Assembly: GCA_951406725.2 (NCBI GenBank)
Contig: OX597817.1
Span: forward strand, 43,152,001 to 43,216,000
Length of the DNA stretch: 64,000 nt
Direction of reading: 5' to 3'
From: Octopus vulgaris
Taxonomy: Eukaryota
Numbering within the stretch: the stretch's first letter is position 1; each line of letters opens with the position of its first letter. Positions 23,251 to 36,289 of this stretch are shown one piece after another. The translations under genes were made by a program, and so were the position numbers. The notes beneath the pieces were generated by a model. It worked only from the letters and a program-made list of their open reading frames with translations. It did not search any database and had not been told where the DNA came from.

Positions 23251-23430
23251 AAAATAAGATAAAATCTATCTTACAGATCATTTTACCTAACATAAATGAT
23301 CTTACAGATAATTTCACCTAAAATAAAATAAAATCTATCTTACAGATCATTTCACCTAACATAAATGATCTTACATATAATTTCGCCTAAAATAAAATAA
23401 AATCTATCTTACAGATAATTTCACCTAACA
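23251..23430. repeat. 69-bp tandem repeat (about 2.5 copies, two related subunits)
   Basis: Units start at 23251, 23320 and 23389; lies upstream of the Merlin relic. Confidence 0.8.
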
Positions 23431-24944
23431 TTTTATAATTTCTAGAGAATGTTTCAGATATTTGAAGCTATCTCTTGCAGGTCCCCACGCAACAGGTTAT
23501 ATTTTGGTATTTAATAAGTTTTATTAGTTGAGACTAGTAATCTGTCAGTCATTTTGGCTATGTGTACAAGAGGTCAAAGCTGACACCTAGATGTTTGGTT
23601 ACGAATCACTGGAACGCACTTTGAGCTGTTGTCCGTTCTTGCCCATTACGAGTTGAAGAGAAGGCGGTGAGCTGGCAGAATCGTTAGCAGGCCGGGCAAA
23701 ATGCTTACTGACATTTCGTCTGTCCTTGCGTTCTGAGTTCAAATCCCGCTGAGGTCGACTTTGCCTTTCATCCTTTCGGGGTAGATGAAATAAGTACCAG
23801 CGAAACACTGGGGTCGATGTAATCGACTAGTCCCCTCCCCCAAAATTTCAGGTCTTGTGCCTTCAGTAGAAAGGATTACAAGTTGAAGAGCTAACGATAT
23901 TTCTAAACCCTCTCAGGTAGTCTCCATAAGAGATACTTTTTACCTGACCGAAATACAAAATACCGTTATAGTTTCCTGCCAACTCACGTATGTCAATAAG
24001 ATTATTTACTTAGCGCATGATTTATTCAAAGACTTGTACAAATAGAAAAAAAATTGCACAATATTTTATTACAAGCATAATGAGGCTTAACTTTTATTAA
24101 TGTTATAAATTAGTTTATTAATTGTCTATGCACGAATTACTGTTGTTTTACCTGTATGCATTGTTCATTTTCGAAACCTATTCATAAACCTGTTGTCACA
24201 TGAGACGTGCTTTTTGTAAGAGCATGTAAATAGGAATATTTCGAATTCTTGTGCTACTTACACTGGAGAGGTCAACGCTTCATGTGGCAAGAAGTGAATT
24301 ATAGAAAACTGATGCATGTAATCAGGGCCAGCTGTAAGGCATCAGTAATTCGGACAGTTGCTCGGGGTGTTACAAGTTAGGGAGCACCTTGTCATGTGTT
24401 TGGGATTTTTGAAATAAAAAGGGAAGATGAAAATACTAATAAGGATCTTTACAATTAATTTGTAGGTAAAAAAAAAAAAGTAATGCGATTTTCATCATCA
24501 GTAGGCAAAACTACATCAGAACTATATCTTTTGAATATAATCTGGTGAAAATTTGAAAAACTTTAAATAGTTGGTTGGAAGAAATTTAACAAGATCCTCA
24601 GATAAAATAAACACTTTATTTTTATATTTACTAAAACATTTTTCCCTGGTGAAAAAAACCCAAAAAAACTTGCAAAGGTGCTGAAATTCAGCTTGCTCTG
24701 TCCCGCATGCAACGTTATGGTTATCTGCACATTTCTTTATTTTCCAGACGTTAATTTGTTCCCCACGTACCACAGTAAAGTCAATTTTTGATATTTCAAC
24801 TCTTTAACCGCTACATTGAAATTTACTTTGAAGTAGAAATTCTTGAAAAACAGTCGACCAAACAGAAAACACAATTGAAAAAATTAAAAGAGAAAGAAAA
24901 AAGAGAGAAAGAATAAGAGAAAAAACCCCAAACAATTCACCACC

Positions 24945-25768
24945 TTAGGTTGAAAAGTTTGGGGCGCTGGGAAACCTCTCTAATGGCTATTGAGGTACGC
25001 CAACACGCTTGCAGCGTTGCCGCGGATGATGGCGAGGCTGATGCGCTGGAACAGCCAAACGTCATCACGAGCTCCACCAGTTACCTCTGCAAGGCGAGTT
25101 GCCAGTGAAGACAGGAATCTCGCAGTTAGTGGTCCGACCCCATTAAACGCCACAGGATGGAAAATGTTGGCCGATAGATCGCGGTAGTTTAGGATTTTGT
25201 TCCGCTCGGCCGCAGAAGCTGTGAATCTCGCCCTGACCGTAACATTCAGGATGTGAGAAGAAGCAAAGGAGTCGCTAACTGTGACATCCCAGACAAGGTA
25301 TTTGCCTTGCGACTAGGGACACAGGGTGAGGCCATTAGGTCTCTTCCCAGTACATCTGGACAATCAGATGGTTTCGAGATGGAGGGTATGTTTATCCGGG
25401 CCTAGCTCCTCTAGAGTATCAGGTTCAACTCCGTATGACGCGCGAAGCGACCAGCATTGAGGCGGCAAGAAAGGCCACGGATGCCTATGGAGTCGAGGAG
25501 CCTGCCACAACGACAAATCAAACCCGTGCATACGTCAGTCCTCACACTGAGGGCAATGGAGACACGAAGTTCGTCCAAGATGAGTAGGCCACCAACATTA
25601 GCTACAGGGGTGGCATCAATCCAGTCACCTGAGTATTTAGCGTTAGCAGACAGTAAGCAGCACCCCGAAAACTGGTCCGACTGGATGAAGAGGGAGTTGA
25701 AGGTGGCCGTCGAAATATTCTTATTCAAATCATGCTTTATCGTCAGCTTCCAAACAAGTATTTCGTAA
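24945..25768 (-). mobile_element. CRE-clade non-LTR retrotransposon 3' fragment (RLE domain), pseudogenised
   Basis: CRCG..LD..G...LSC, RH, KRP(D/N)GLT, WDVTV, AE..K, QRISLAIIRGNA motifs with stops. Confidence 0.8.
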
Positions 25769-26209
25769 CTCTTTTAACTCTTTTACTGTTTCAGTCATAT
25801 AACTGTGACCATGCTGGAGCACCGCCTTTTGGTCGAACAAATCGACCCCAGGACTTATTCTTTGTAAGCCTAGTACTTATTCTATCGGTCTCTTTTGCCA
25901 AACCGCTAAGTTACGGGGACGTAAAAACATCAGCATCGGTTGTCAAGCGATGTGGGGGGGGGGGGGCAAACACAGACACACAAACATATACACACACATA
26001 CATATATATATACATACATACAACGGGCTTCTTTCAGTTTCCGTCTATCAAATCCACTCAAAAAGCTTTGATCAGCCCGAGGCTTTAGCAGAAGACACTT
26101 GCTCAAGGTGCCACGCAGTGGGACTGAACCTGGAACCATGTGGTTCGTAAGCAAGCTAATTACCACACAGGGGGGATTTTATTTGAATGTTAAAAAAAAA
26201 TATATTTTT

Positions 26210-26627
26210 GGATCTTTTCGGTTTGAAGGGCAGTTTTTTCTAGCGGTGTCATATGAAATTGTCACCCATAATTATAACCCTAGTATCGATCTATTGCATT
26301 TTAATCTCTTTTTAGGGTTAGGGTTAGGGGTGGGGGGAAAGGTATCTTTTTTTCTTCAGAAGTGTAAATAAACCCAATCTGTTTCTTAATCGAGGGACAT
26401 ATTCATACGGCACAGAATGTTTTCACCTTAATAGATGTCATTGATTGGTTGAAATTTCAGAAATTGAAGAAAAACAACAACAAATATCTTACAAACTATA
26501 GAATTTTCTCAATAAAGCCGAGAGAAAAAGATGTTTTATAAACACATTCTACCAGTATACGAAGTTTAAAAGTGTTTAGTTACGTGGAAATTATGTAAAA
26601 AAACTGCCGTTCAAACCGAAAAGATCC
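26210..26627. mobile_element. TTAGGG-containing MITE, copy 3
   Basis: Same TIRs and body; TSD ATATTTTT on both sides. Confidence 0.9.
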
Positions 26628-29183
26628 ATATTTTTTGTAAAGTTTATTCACAAACTAAATAACTTAATGCAACTATATTAACGCAATATTTCAGGATAAT
26701 TCGTAGGTATGAGTACAACTACTTTAAATTAAAGATATTCTGTTCCGAAAACTTCCTTTTTACAAACGATCTACTACAATAAGGGAGGCAACTTATATCA
26801 TAATAATAACGTAAAGGATATGAGAAAATTGTGAATGGTTTCTGTAGTTTATGTCTGTGTCTGTTAATCTTGTCATAAAATGAAAATCGTGACAACGAGT
26901 ATGATGGTAAAGTTAGGTGACGATGTGTAGACGAGGATGTATAATTTCAAAATGGACTTGTTAAATATAACAGAACTGACAAAAGCCCAATATTAATCAT
27001 TCTGACATTTAAGAATTATAAAATTCAGGAGAGAATCGCCTATGTCATTAGTCGATTTGTGCGTGGGTGTCATATTTGATCACCAACGCTATGCTTTGTC
27101 TGTAGTCAATATATCTTTAAGTGAATCAATTTAGGTGTAAATACGTATCAAAAGAGGTAGATCACTGCTTTAAATAGCAGAATCACTGCCAAAATTAATG
27201 AATTACGAGAGTTACCAAAGCGTAGAATTACCTTTTCAAGTAATTTAATTAATATACAGATATATATTTGTGATATTTTAGTAACTTTATATATATGTGG
27301 AGGCCCATGGCCTAGTGTTTAGAGCAGCAGGCGCGTGGTCGAGGGATCGCGGGTTCGAATCTCAGACCGGGCGATGTGTGTGTTTATGAGCGAAACACCT
27401 AAGTTTCACGCTGCTGCGGCAGAAGGTAACGGCTAACTTCTGCTGACTCTTTCGCCACAACATTTCCCCACTTTTTCCTCCTGCGACGGACCGGCGTCCC
27501 GTTCAGGTGGGGAACCTATACGCCATTGAAACCGGGAAACCGGCCCTTATGAACCAGGCATGGCTCGAAAAGGAACAAACAACACACACACACACATACA
27601 GTCGTTTAATAATTCATAAAGCAGAAAAGATACGCACTAACATTTCTCAGTAGAATGGATATATTAATCAAAATGTACAGAATTACAGATCCTTTCCTCA
27701 GTTTTGAACTGCGTATTAGATAACCGGATACTAGATAACAGCACCGTTATGTAACACCGGCTGCTCTTCAGAGATGAAAGTGTTAGGGTCTGGCGTGTAA
27801 CTAATCCTCTCCTTAAAACTGCTGGCAGTCAAAGCCACGTTGTAGTACGGGGTTTACCAAAAAGTAAAATAGTATTCAAAATAATTAGCTTAGCGATCCT
27901 CTATCAGAATTCTCATACATGTATAAAGTTGTGATATTGGATAAATATTATAGTTTCAGTGCTGCGATAGTAGAGTTAGTAGATTTAATTATGTAAGAGG
28001 TCTCCACAAAGGTCAGTTTAGTTTGATGATGTTGACATATGTCAGGAACTTAAAGGTTCTTCTGAGCTTACTTGGTGGAGTTGTAGGATGCCCTTATATT
28101 TAATTACCGTATTTGATGGCATAAAAGACGCACTGGCATATTAGGCACATTCCAATTCCAGCTGTGCATATTCAGGAAAAGGTTTTAGTGTATTAAAGCA
28201 TTTAGTATTTAAAGCAATCGATTACATTGGCTCCAGTAAATGATTACACTTAAGTTATCGACTCCGAAAGGGTGAAAGGCAAAGTCGATCTCGGCGGAAT
28301 TTAAACTCAGAATGTAGAGACAGACAAAATGTCACTAAAAACTTTGTCTGGTGTGTTATCGGTTCTGTCAGCTCGCTGTCTTAGTTATGCAATAAATAAA
28401 CCTTTCTACTAAAAGCACAAGGCCAGAAATTTTGGAGTAGGGGGTTAGCCGATTACATTGACTCCACTACATGACTGGTACTTAATTTATCGACCCCGAA
28501 AGGACGAAAGGCAAAGTCAACTCCAGCGGAATTTGAACTCAGAACGTAACAACGGACTAAATCCCGCTAAACTCGCCACCTTACTAATTATATAAATAAT
28601 AATAATAGTAATATTCGTGTTAACGATGAGCTTACAGACAATAACGATAGTAGTGTAGATACGACTTGTACTATGCCTCCGGTGTTATAAGAAATCGGTC
28701 ACATTCCATAAAAGACTAATTCACATATCTTCAGATTACGAGCTTACTTTGAATAGGCTGAAACAACTCAATCGAATACGAGGGTCTTTCATCAAAGCTT
28801 CTCTTAAATACCAATGTAGATTAAGGAACGCTATAAGCGCGATTTTCCTATTCACAACAATAGAAAATGTGGAGGTTAAATTGATGATGCAGAAGACAGA
28901 AGAAAAGAAGTCATAACTATAGAGAAACGGAAAATAATTAATGTATGGAGTTGATAGTCTAAGTAACGAACAAGCAGAATAATCCAGATGGCTGCTGTTA
29001 CTCCTTCCATATAAATTAACAAAAATATATAACATCTTAGAAGTACAATTTAAACAACATTTATGTTGACTGGTTTGAGGTGATGATTTGTTGCCGAATG
29101 AAAATGCATTTCTCGGGCTGCGTGAAGAAGTAACAGACAACACCTGCGAACAATTAACAGATTTTTTATTGTTGCACATCGAT

Positions 29184-29738
29184 GCACAAGGCCTGAAATT
29201 TTTGGGGAGGGGGCCTGTCGATTAGATTGACCCCCAGTACGCAACTGATACTTAATTTGTTGACCCCCGAAAGGATGAAAGGGGATTTTGAACTCAGAAC
29301 GAAGCGACGGACGAAATACCTATTTCTTTACTACCCACAAGGGGCTAAACACAGAGGAGACAAAGAAGGACAGACAGACGGATTAAGTCGATTACATCGA
29401 CCCCAATGCGTAACTGGTACTTATTTAATCGACCCCGAAAGGATGAAAGGCAAAGTCGACCTCGGCGGAATTTGAACTCAGAACGTAGCGGCAGACGAAA
29501 TACCTATTTCTTTACTACCCACAAGAGGCTAAACACAGAAGGGACAAACAAGGACAGACAAACGGATTAAGTCGATTATATCGACCCCAGTGCGTAACTG
29601 GTACTTAATTTATCGACCTCGAAAGGATGAAAGGCAAAGTCGACCTCGGCGGAATTTGAACTCAGAACACAGCGGCAGACGAAATAACACTAAGCATTTC
29701 GCCCGGAGCGCTAACGATTCTGCCAGCTCACTGCCTTG
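29184..29738 (-). repeat. SINE family A head-to-tail multimer (184-bp period)
   Basis: Junction GAAATACC|TATTTC at 29321 and 29505. Confidence 0.85.
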
Positions 29739-30310
29739 GTCGTTTACAAATAATAACAGCAATAGTTACATACTAGGAGAGTCATATTGCTTGGAGTTTA
29801 TGACAACTTATTAATACAGGAATCTCTGTTTAACCCATCATAACTGGAAACAATTGCGCTATATTCGTGGCGACGAAAATTCCTGTCGACTATCGGTTGT
29901 CTTAACCGTCTGGCTGTTGCGAGAATGGAGACAACTTGCAGCTGCTTCAGCTTTCTGCAATTTGTCTTTGCATGTCGCTCATCCGCCTCTCAAAATTCTG
30001 CAATAAATTACTCCCAAAAGCAGTCTTTTATAGGCTTCAAGAAGAAGGTTCTAGAAAATTGAACAAGGCTATGTTTAACCGATGATTGGTTGCTTAATAG
30101 ACCGATCTCGTGAAACTACTGTGGTTTGTTCGTGATGTTTGACTGCTTACCTAGCGGTCAAGTTTCCAATTACCGCTACAAACAAGTTTGACTGCAAACA
30201 TTCGAATTCTTAAAAAAACATATATCTGCTTTAAACGATAGATTAAACTCCCCCACCAGAGAAAGCACTTATCTCTAAACTAAAACTATGCCTTGAGAAA
30301 TAAACAAGGG

Positions 30311-30418
<108 letters not shown>

Positions 30419-30627
30419 TGTGTGTAATGATATGACATAACATAATACACACACATATACTGAAGAAGGTATGGGTTTATCGTAATCAACTCTTCTAGAT
30501 GTGTCATGGTTACCTTCTTTTCATAAAATACATAAAAAAGCAAGTCCGACGTATTTTTAGGAGGGCAAAAAACCTGATTCCAGCCGCTACATTATCGTCT
30601 GTCACATCACTCGTTTCACCCTAGTTA

Positions 30628-31643
30628 TCTCTGTATATATAAAACTGAGAATATGTGTGTGTGTGTGTGTCTGTCTGTCTGTGTGTTTCCCTAAAACTTG
30701 AGAACTACACAACCAATTTCATTCAAATTTTACACTTGCCTTACTTAGGGTCCATGTAGTTTCACGGGCAAAAAAAAAATGTTCAACTTCTTGCCTAGAG
30801 CGAGTCCATAGCAATATCATATCTTCTCCACTATTTCAGTATTACGTGTTAAAAGTGAAACAAAAACATTTCTCTATTTTATGTCAGATGCTTTCACTTT
30901 AACAATAAAAATAATAATAACAATTGAATTATATGTAGTAAGTAATAATTAAAATCAAACTAAAGTATAATATAATCGTAACATAACAAAAGTAAAAAAT
31001 TGGTATAAAATTGCATCAATGATTTGAACTTGAATAAGTGGTTTCACATGAATGGGAATAATTAAAAATAAAATTAGTGTGCAGAAATGAAATAGTCTAG
31101 ATGGATAATAAAAAATTAAATTAAAGAAAAGACTATTGTCTATAAAGTATACAATGTAGAGAAAAAAGATTTGAACACCTGGAGGAAAGCACCTTCGAAA
31201 AGTGTCTTGGTGCGACTATGAAAGGTATCTAACCAGAGGCGGTAAATTCGCCACAACGGAGCGTGCAAGGGAGTACTCGACTCGAACTTGCAAAGTGGAA
31301 ATATTTTATTTTTACCTTTATATCTGGGACGTAGGACGTCCCGGATAAAAATTAAAAAATGCCCCCCCCCCCGAAGTAGAGGTAGGCTGGATTGTAGCCA
31401 CACTTCTATACAAGAGGGAGGACAAGATACAATTGATCGAAATTACAAGAGACGGGCTAACAATTCCAGTCTGTTATACATTTTGAGTATTGTTATCACT
31501 AGCGATATCAAGATATAACTTTGTATTTTGTATTTTATGTGTAGATGTATATATAGATGTACATGTAATATGTACACATATATATATACACATATATACA
31601 TGCACTAGCACTAGGACCCGGCAACGACGGGTCATAATGCTAG
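30628..31643 (+). mobile_element. Non-autonomous Helitron (possibly with a nested second element about 31139-31470)
   Basis: A|TCTCTGTATATATAAAAC start; GACCCG-gcaacga-CGGGTC hairpin then CTAG|T end; empty site seen in the paralogous arm at 32841-32865. Confidence 0.85.
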
Positions 31644-33050
31644 TAACAGATAAAACTGGACATACTGGCTAAAATTGTTGAAATGATCCTCACTATGAAC
31701 TGTTAACCCTATCTGTCTATTCACAGATTAACAACCCACAATTTGATTTTGGCGTACAGACAAAATAGCTGCGAGTATTATACATTATATATGTATAGAG
31801 GACAATCGTTTTCCTCGCATCTCAAAGAAACCGAATTTTTTGTTTTTTTCCGTGACTTTATAGTCTATCAAGAATCGACAGTGTCTTTCTTAGCAACGAC
31901 GACCAACCAAGGAATTTGGAGATTATCCATAATCCACAGCATAAAAATTACTTGGTTAAGACACTGGATGTTTCTCAAAGGTCTTCGTTGCCAATAATGT
32001 TCATTAACTATCTTTCTAACGTGACAGAAATTATTCCCATGGTTGCCATTGTCCATTCAGTGAAAGGCTGTGAATAACAAAGATTGTTAGAGCAAAATCT
32101 AAATTCATTTTTATATCCCATCAGCAATTTTCTGCAGTAGAGGTGTATGGTTTAGGGGTTTGGTTATGATCGTAAGGTCGTGGTTTCGATTTCTGAACTG
32201 GGCGATGCGTTGTGTTCTTGAGCAAAACACTTCATTTCACGTTGTTCCAGTCCACTCAGCAGGTAAAAATGAGTAACGCTGCGATGGACTGGCGTCCCGT
32301 CCAGGGAGGTATATATACGCCAAAGAAACCGGGAAACCGACTGTGTGTTCCTTACGGAGTAATGTGGACTAACTATCTGCGATGGGGTGCCCTTAAGCGA
32401 TGCTTGGGAGCCAACCCGTAATGGGTGGCGAGAAATTTGATCACCATCGTCATCAGCAGCAACAACAACGACAGCAATAGCAGCAACAAAAATTATTTCT
32501 AGCTTATGACTAAGGTCAGCAACTTTTGAGGGGAAGGGGTCAGTCGATAACATCGATTCTAGTACTTGACTGGTATTTTATTTCATCGACCCCGAAGGAA
32601 TGAAAAGCAAAGTTAACCTCGGTGGAATTTGAACTCAGAACGTTAAAAAACCGGAAGAAATACTGTGAACGATTCTAATAATAATTTTTATCAAATTCTG
32701 GTACAAGGCCAGCAATTTTAGGGAGAGAGCCAGTCGATTATATTGATTTCAGTATTTGACTAGTACTATATTTCTTCGACCGAAATGATAAAAAGGCAAA
32801 GTTGAGCACAGTAGAATTTGAACTCAGAGCGAAAGAAATGCCAGTTTTATCTGTTATATCTAGGGTGAAACGAGTCATGAGACGCACGATGATGTAACGG
32901 CTGGAATCAGGTTTTTTGCCCTCCTACGTCGAGTATTACTACAAGAAGACGAGGAAGCAAAAACGACTTGCTCTTTGATATATTTATTATGAAAAGGTGA
33001 CCATGACACATTTAGAAGAGTTTGTTATAATAAACCCATACCTTCTTCAG

Positions 33051-33440
33051 GCTTCATTTCTAGTATTCTCGTTTGTGAGAGCAGTCGAGTTTATTTCAGA
33101 TATTCTCATTTTAAAAATCATCTCCGGCTAATCGTTGAGAGGACGTCGACGTTGTCGTTAGTGTTGTTTTTCGAATCATTTGATTCCGAGCTGTGTTAGA
33201 AGTGTGTTCGCTCCATGTGAGTTTTGTTGTATTGTATTGTTAATTTACTGAATTGCTGAACTGTTATTAACTGGAATTGTTGAAATTGTTGTTAACTGGC
33301 TTTTATTCTTTTCTTCCCCATTTATGGGTGAAGTTAAGAATAATGCCGTCATGGAAAGTAAACCAGCGGGCAGTTACGCTGCGGTGACTGGCAAAGACCT
33401 GTCAGTAGAGGTACTGCAGGTCCAAGAAGAATTTAAAAAA
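33051..33440 (+). mobile_element. Possible 5' end (UTR and ORF1 start) of a LINE
   Basis: ATG near 33351 MESKPAGSYAAVTGKDLS; the SYAAV motif is common in L1/Tx1-type ORF1 N-termini; truncated by a SINE. Confidence 0.35.
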
Positions 33441-35598
33441 TGTTCCTGTTGATCAGATGAATGTTCCTGTTGATCAGGTCAACAGAATAGTTGCTCGTGA
33501 AATTAACGTGCAAGTGGCTGAGTACTCCACAGTACGCATACTGTTAACGTAGTTCTCAAGGAGATTCAGCGTGACACAGAATGTGACAAGGCTGACACTT
33601 TGAATTACAAATACTTTTCGTTTTTGCCAGTTGAGTGGATTGGGGCAACGCGAAATAAAGTGTCTTGCTCAAGGACATAACGCGTCGCTGGGAATAGAAC
33701 TGACAACCTCACGGTTGTGGGCCGAATACCCTGACCACTAAGCCACGCACCTTCACATCTTGCATTGATATGGTTTAGAAAAGCAACCAAGTTTTATAAC
33801 AGCGTTTCTGTTGAAAAATCAACACAATGCCTATGCAGCTATTCATCTAAAAGGGACCGCTTTATTTTATCCTGACATTCTTTACTTACAAAAGACTGTA
33901 TCACAAAGACTCGTCTTCCTATTCAGGATCGGAAAATACTTACTCCCGAACAATTACCATCTACAGAAATCCGGTGAGACCCACAAAGGAGGCCTACTTT
34001 CACATCTGGGATAGTGTTGTTGTACAACAGCTTCTGACATTGTAGTCCACACTCAAAGAAAAGCCACTTGACTGAAAAGCATGAAGTCGTTCGCTAACGC
34101 ACTTCAACCCCTGCTCCCACAGACGTACGGTCTCTTCTCTCGACCCCTTTCGTCATTATTCAGTGCCTCTTCTCCTTGGAACTGGCTGGTCTCGTGCCAC
34201 CACTAGTGAGGTACTCTCGCATCGCTTATCTTTTCTTTTTTTGTAACCTAAACTATTGTTATTCCAGGCTCCGTACTACTGGAAAGAAAGGAGAAATGAC
34301 AACACGTTGTTCTTTCTTCTCAGAAGGTTGGTCCTCGGAAAATTGTCTTTGTCCTTTGTTTTTTTTTTTTCCCAGCAGCCGTCTACTTACAACTATTCAA
34401 GATGAATATTAGCTCCATCACTTTCACTGGTCTTGGAGGACATAAGAAAACCTAGGGAACAGATCCTTCTTTTCAATAAATAAACAATTTGAATAAAAAA
34501 CAAAAACAAAAATAAAACGACAAAAGCAAACCCCGACTGAAAGTTAATTCAAAATTTATGTAGCATATCCTTGGGCGCTTAACAGGATATACAACAATGA
34601 ATATAGATATAATTCAAATATTGTAAAACATCTGCTATTAAGCTAATAATAAATAAAACAACGAAATATTGTTAAACGGGACAGATGAATTGTTGTAAAC
34701 ATGAAGATTAAAAAAAATGAAACAGTAGATTAATCATTTCTTAAAATTCGTTTTCATCTCTTTATCAGAAGGTAAAAATATAGACAAAGAAAAACGGGTT
34801 TAAAATACCCACAGGGTATCTCTGTCGACTCACTTACGTCAGCAGACGACATTTAACCGTTCACAACAACGCTTCATGGTATTTTTTTTCCATATGGCGG
34901 TGGAGTGCATTTAATCTGAGTAAGCTGATGAAATTTAAAATATTTATTTTTTAAAGGAAATTAAGTGTAAACCGTAAAAATGATAGTGCAAGATGTTCTG
35001 TGCATGAGAGCAGACTCGATATACTTTATTCATGAATGAAAATGCCAACTCATAATGGAAATCGAAAGCAATAATTTCCTTCGAATTTCTGTTTATAACT
35101 CATTATTAAGAGGAAAAAATAAAGCCTTTTTCTACGTCCTTTCAAAATCTGCTGTCATTTGCCGCAGCATTTCACCTTAAAATAATACGTAACTGAAGTA
35201 TGTACCGATTGGATTGGCAAAATTACTAGTGTTGAACGAAATGCCTTACCGTATTTAGTTACGTCTCCTTAAGCTCTGAGTTCAAATCCAGCCAATGTAA
35301 ATTTTGCCCTTCATTCTTCCAAAGTCGATAGATAAGATTTAATCGAATCATTCTACTATCTATATCCACAAATTTCTAGCATTGTGCCTATTTAAGAAAC
35401 AATTATTATATCTGTCATTTTCCGGCTACTCAAGTCGGACCAAACCGCGGCATGTTAGCTAAAATGAGAAATCATTAGTCTAAATAATTTTCAGTATGTA
35501 GTTTCTTAACTTTTACATTCTAAGTCCAAATTCACCTTCGTTCTTCCAGAGTTGTAAAAGACAAGTAACAATCATATACGGAGGTCGATTGAACATCT

Positions 35599-35708
<110 letters not shown>

Positions 35709-35873
35709 ATTGTAAAAAGGTTCGAGATAAAATTGCACTTGGTGAATTGTAGTAAAAAATATAAAAAGAAGGAAAATGTACAGAAATTTTATGTCGGAAA
35801 AAATATAATTTTATGAAATAAAATACTTAATCGACCGGTTTCGCTTATGCTAATCATGACTAAGCAGCTAGTG

Positions 35874-35949
<76 letters not shown>

Positions 35950-36289
35950 GCCAACGAAAACTCCTAAAGAAGAAATCCCTAAACAAGTATAATCCCTACC
36001 AGAACTAGACTTACAGTGAAGGAGTAATCATGTAATATCAATAAAAAATATAATATATGCGGCAAAAATGTCATAAACCAAGAAACCAAGAACTCTTTAA
36101 ATAGGTCTAACCCTACAAAAACAAAAACCTAGGAAACAAAAAGTTCATGGTCAAGAAGCACATCATACGTATATATCCCATCTTCAGCTACCTTATAGAT
36201 ATTATTATGGTTTCGACTCTTGGGCATATGTGCATATATGTATGTATGAATATGTATGCGTGCGTGCGTTTTTGGTGGAAACTAGAACA

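Noticed and set aside
23251-23430. Regularly spaced repeats as a possible CRISPR array
   Set aside because: No unique spacers, eukaryotic context and no cas genes
27298-27372. tRNA-like sequence with A and B boxes
   Set aside because: Continues into a CORE-type SINE body and lacks a proper acceptor stem; a SINE head, not a tRNA gene
28736-29179. 147-aa minus-strand ORF
   Set aside because: No recognisable motif or supporting exon chain
29949-29997. Minus-strand acceptor followed by NFERRMSDMQRQIAES*
   Set aside because: Too short, and no in-frame upstream exon could be linked
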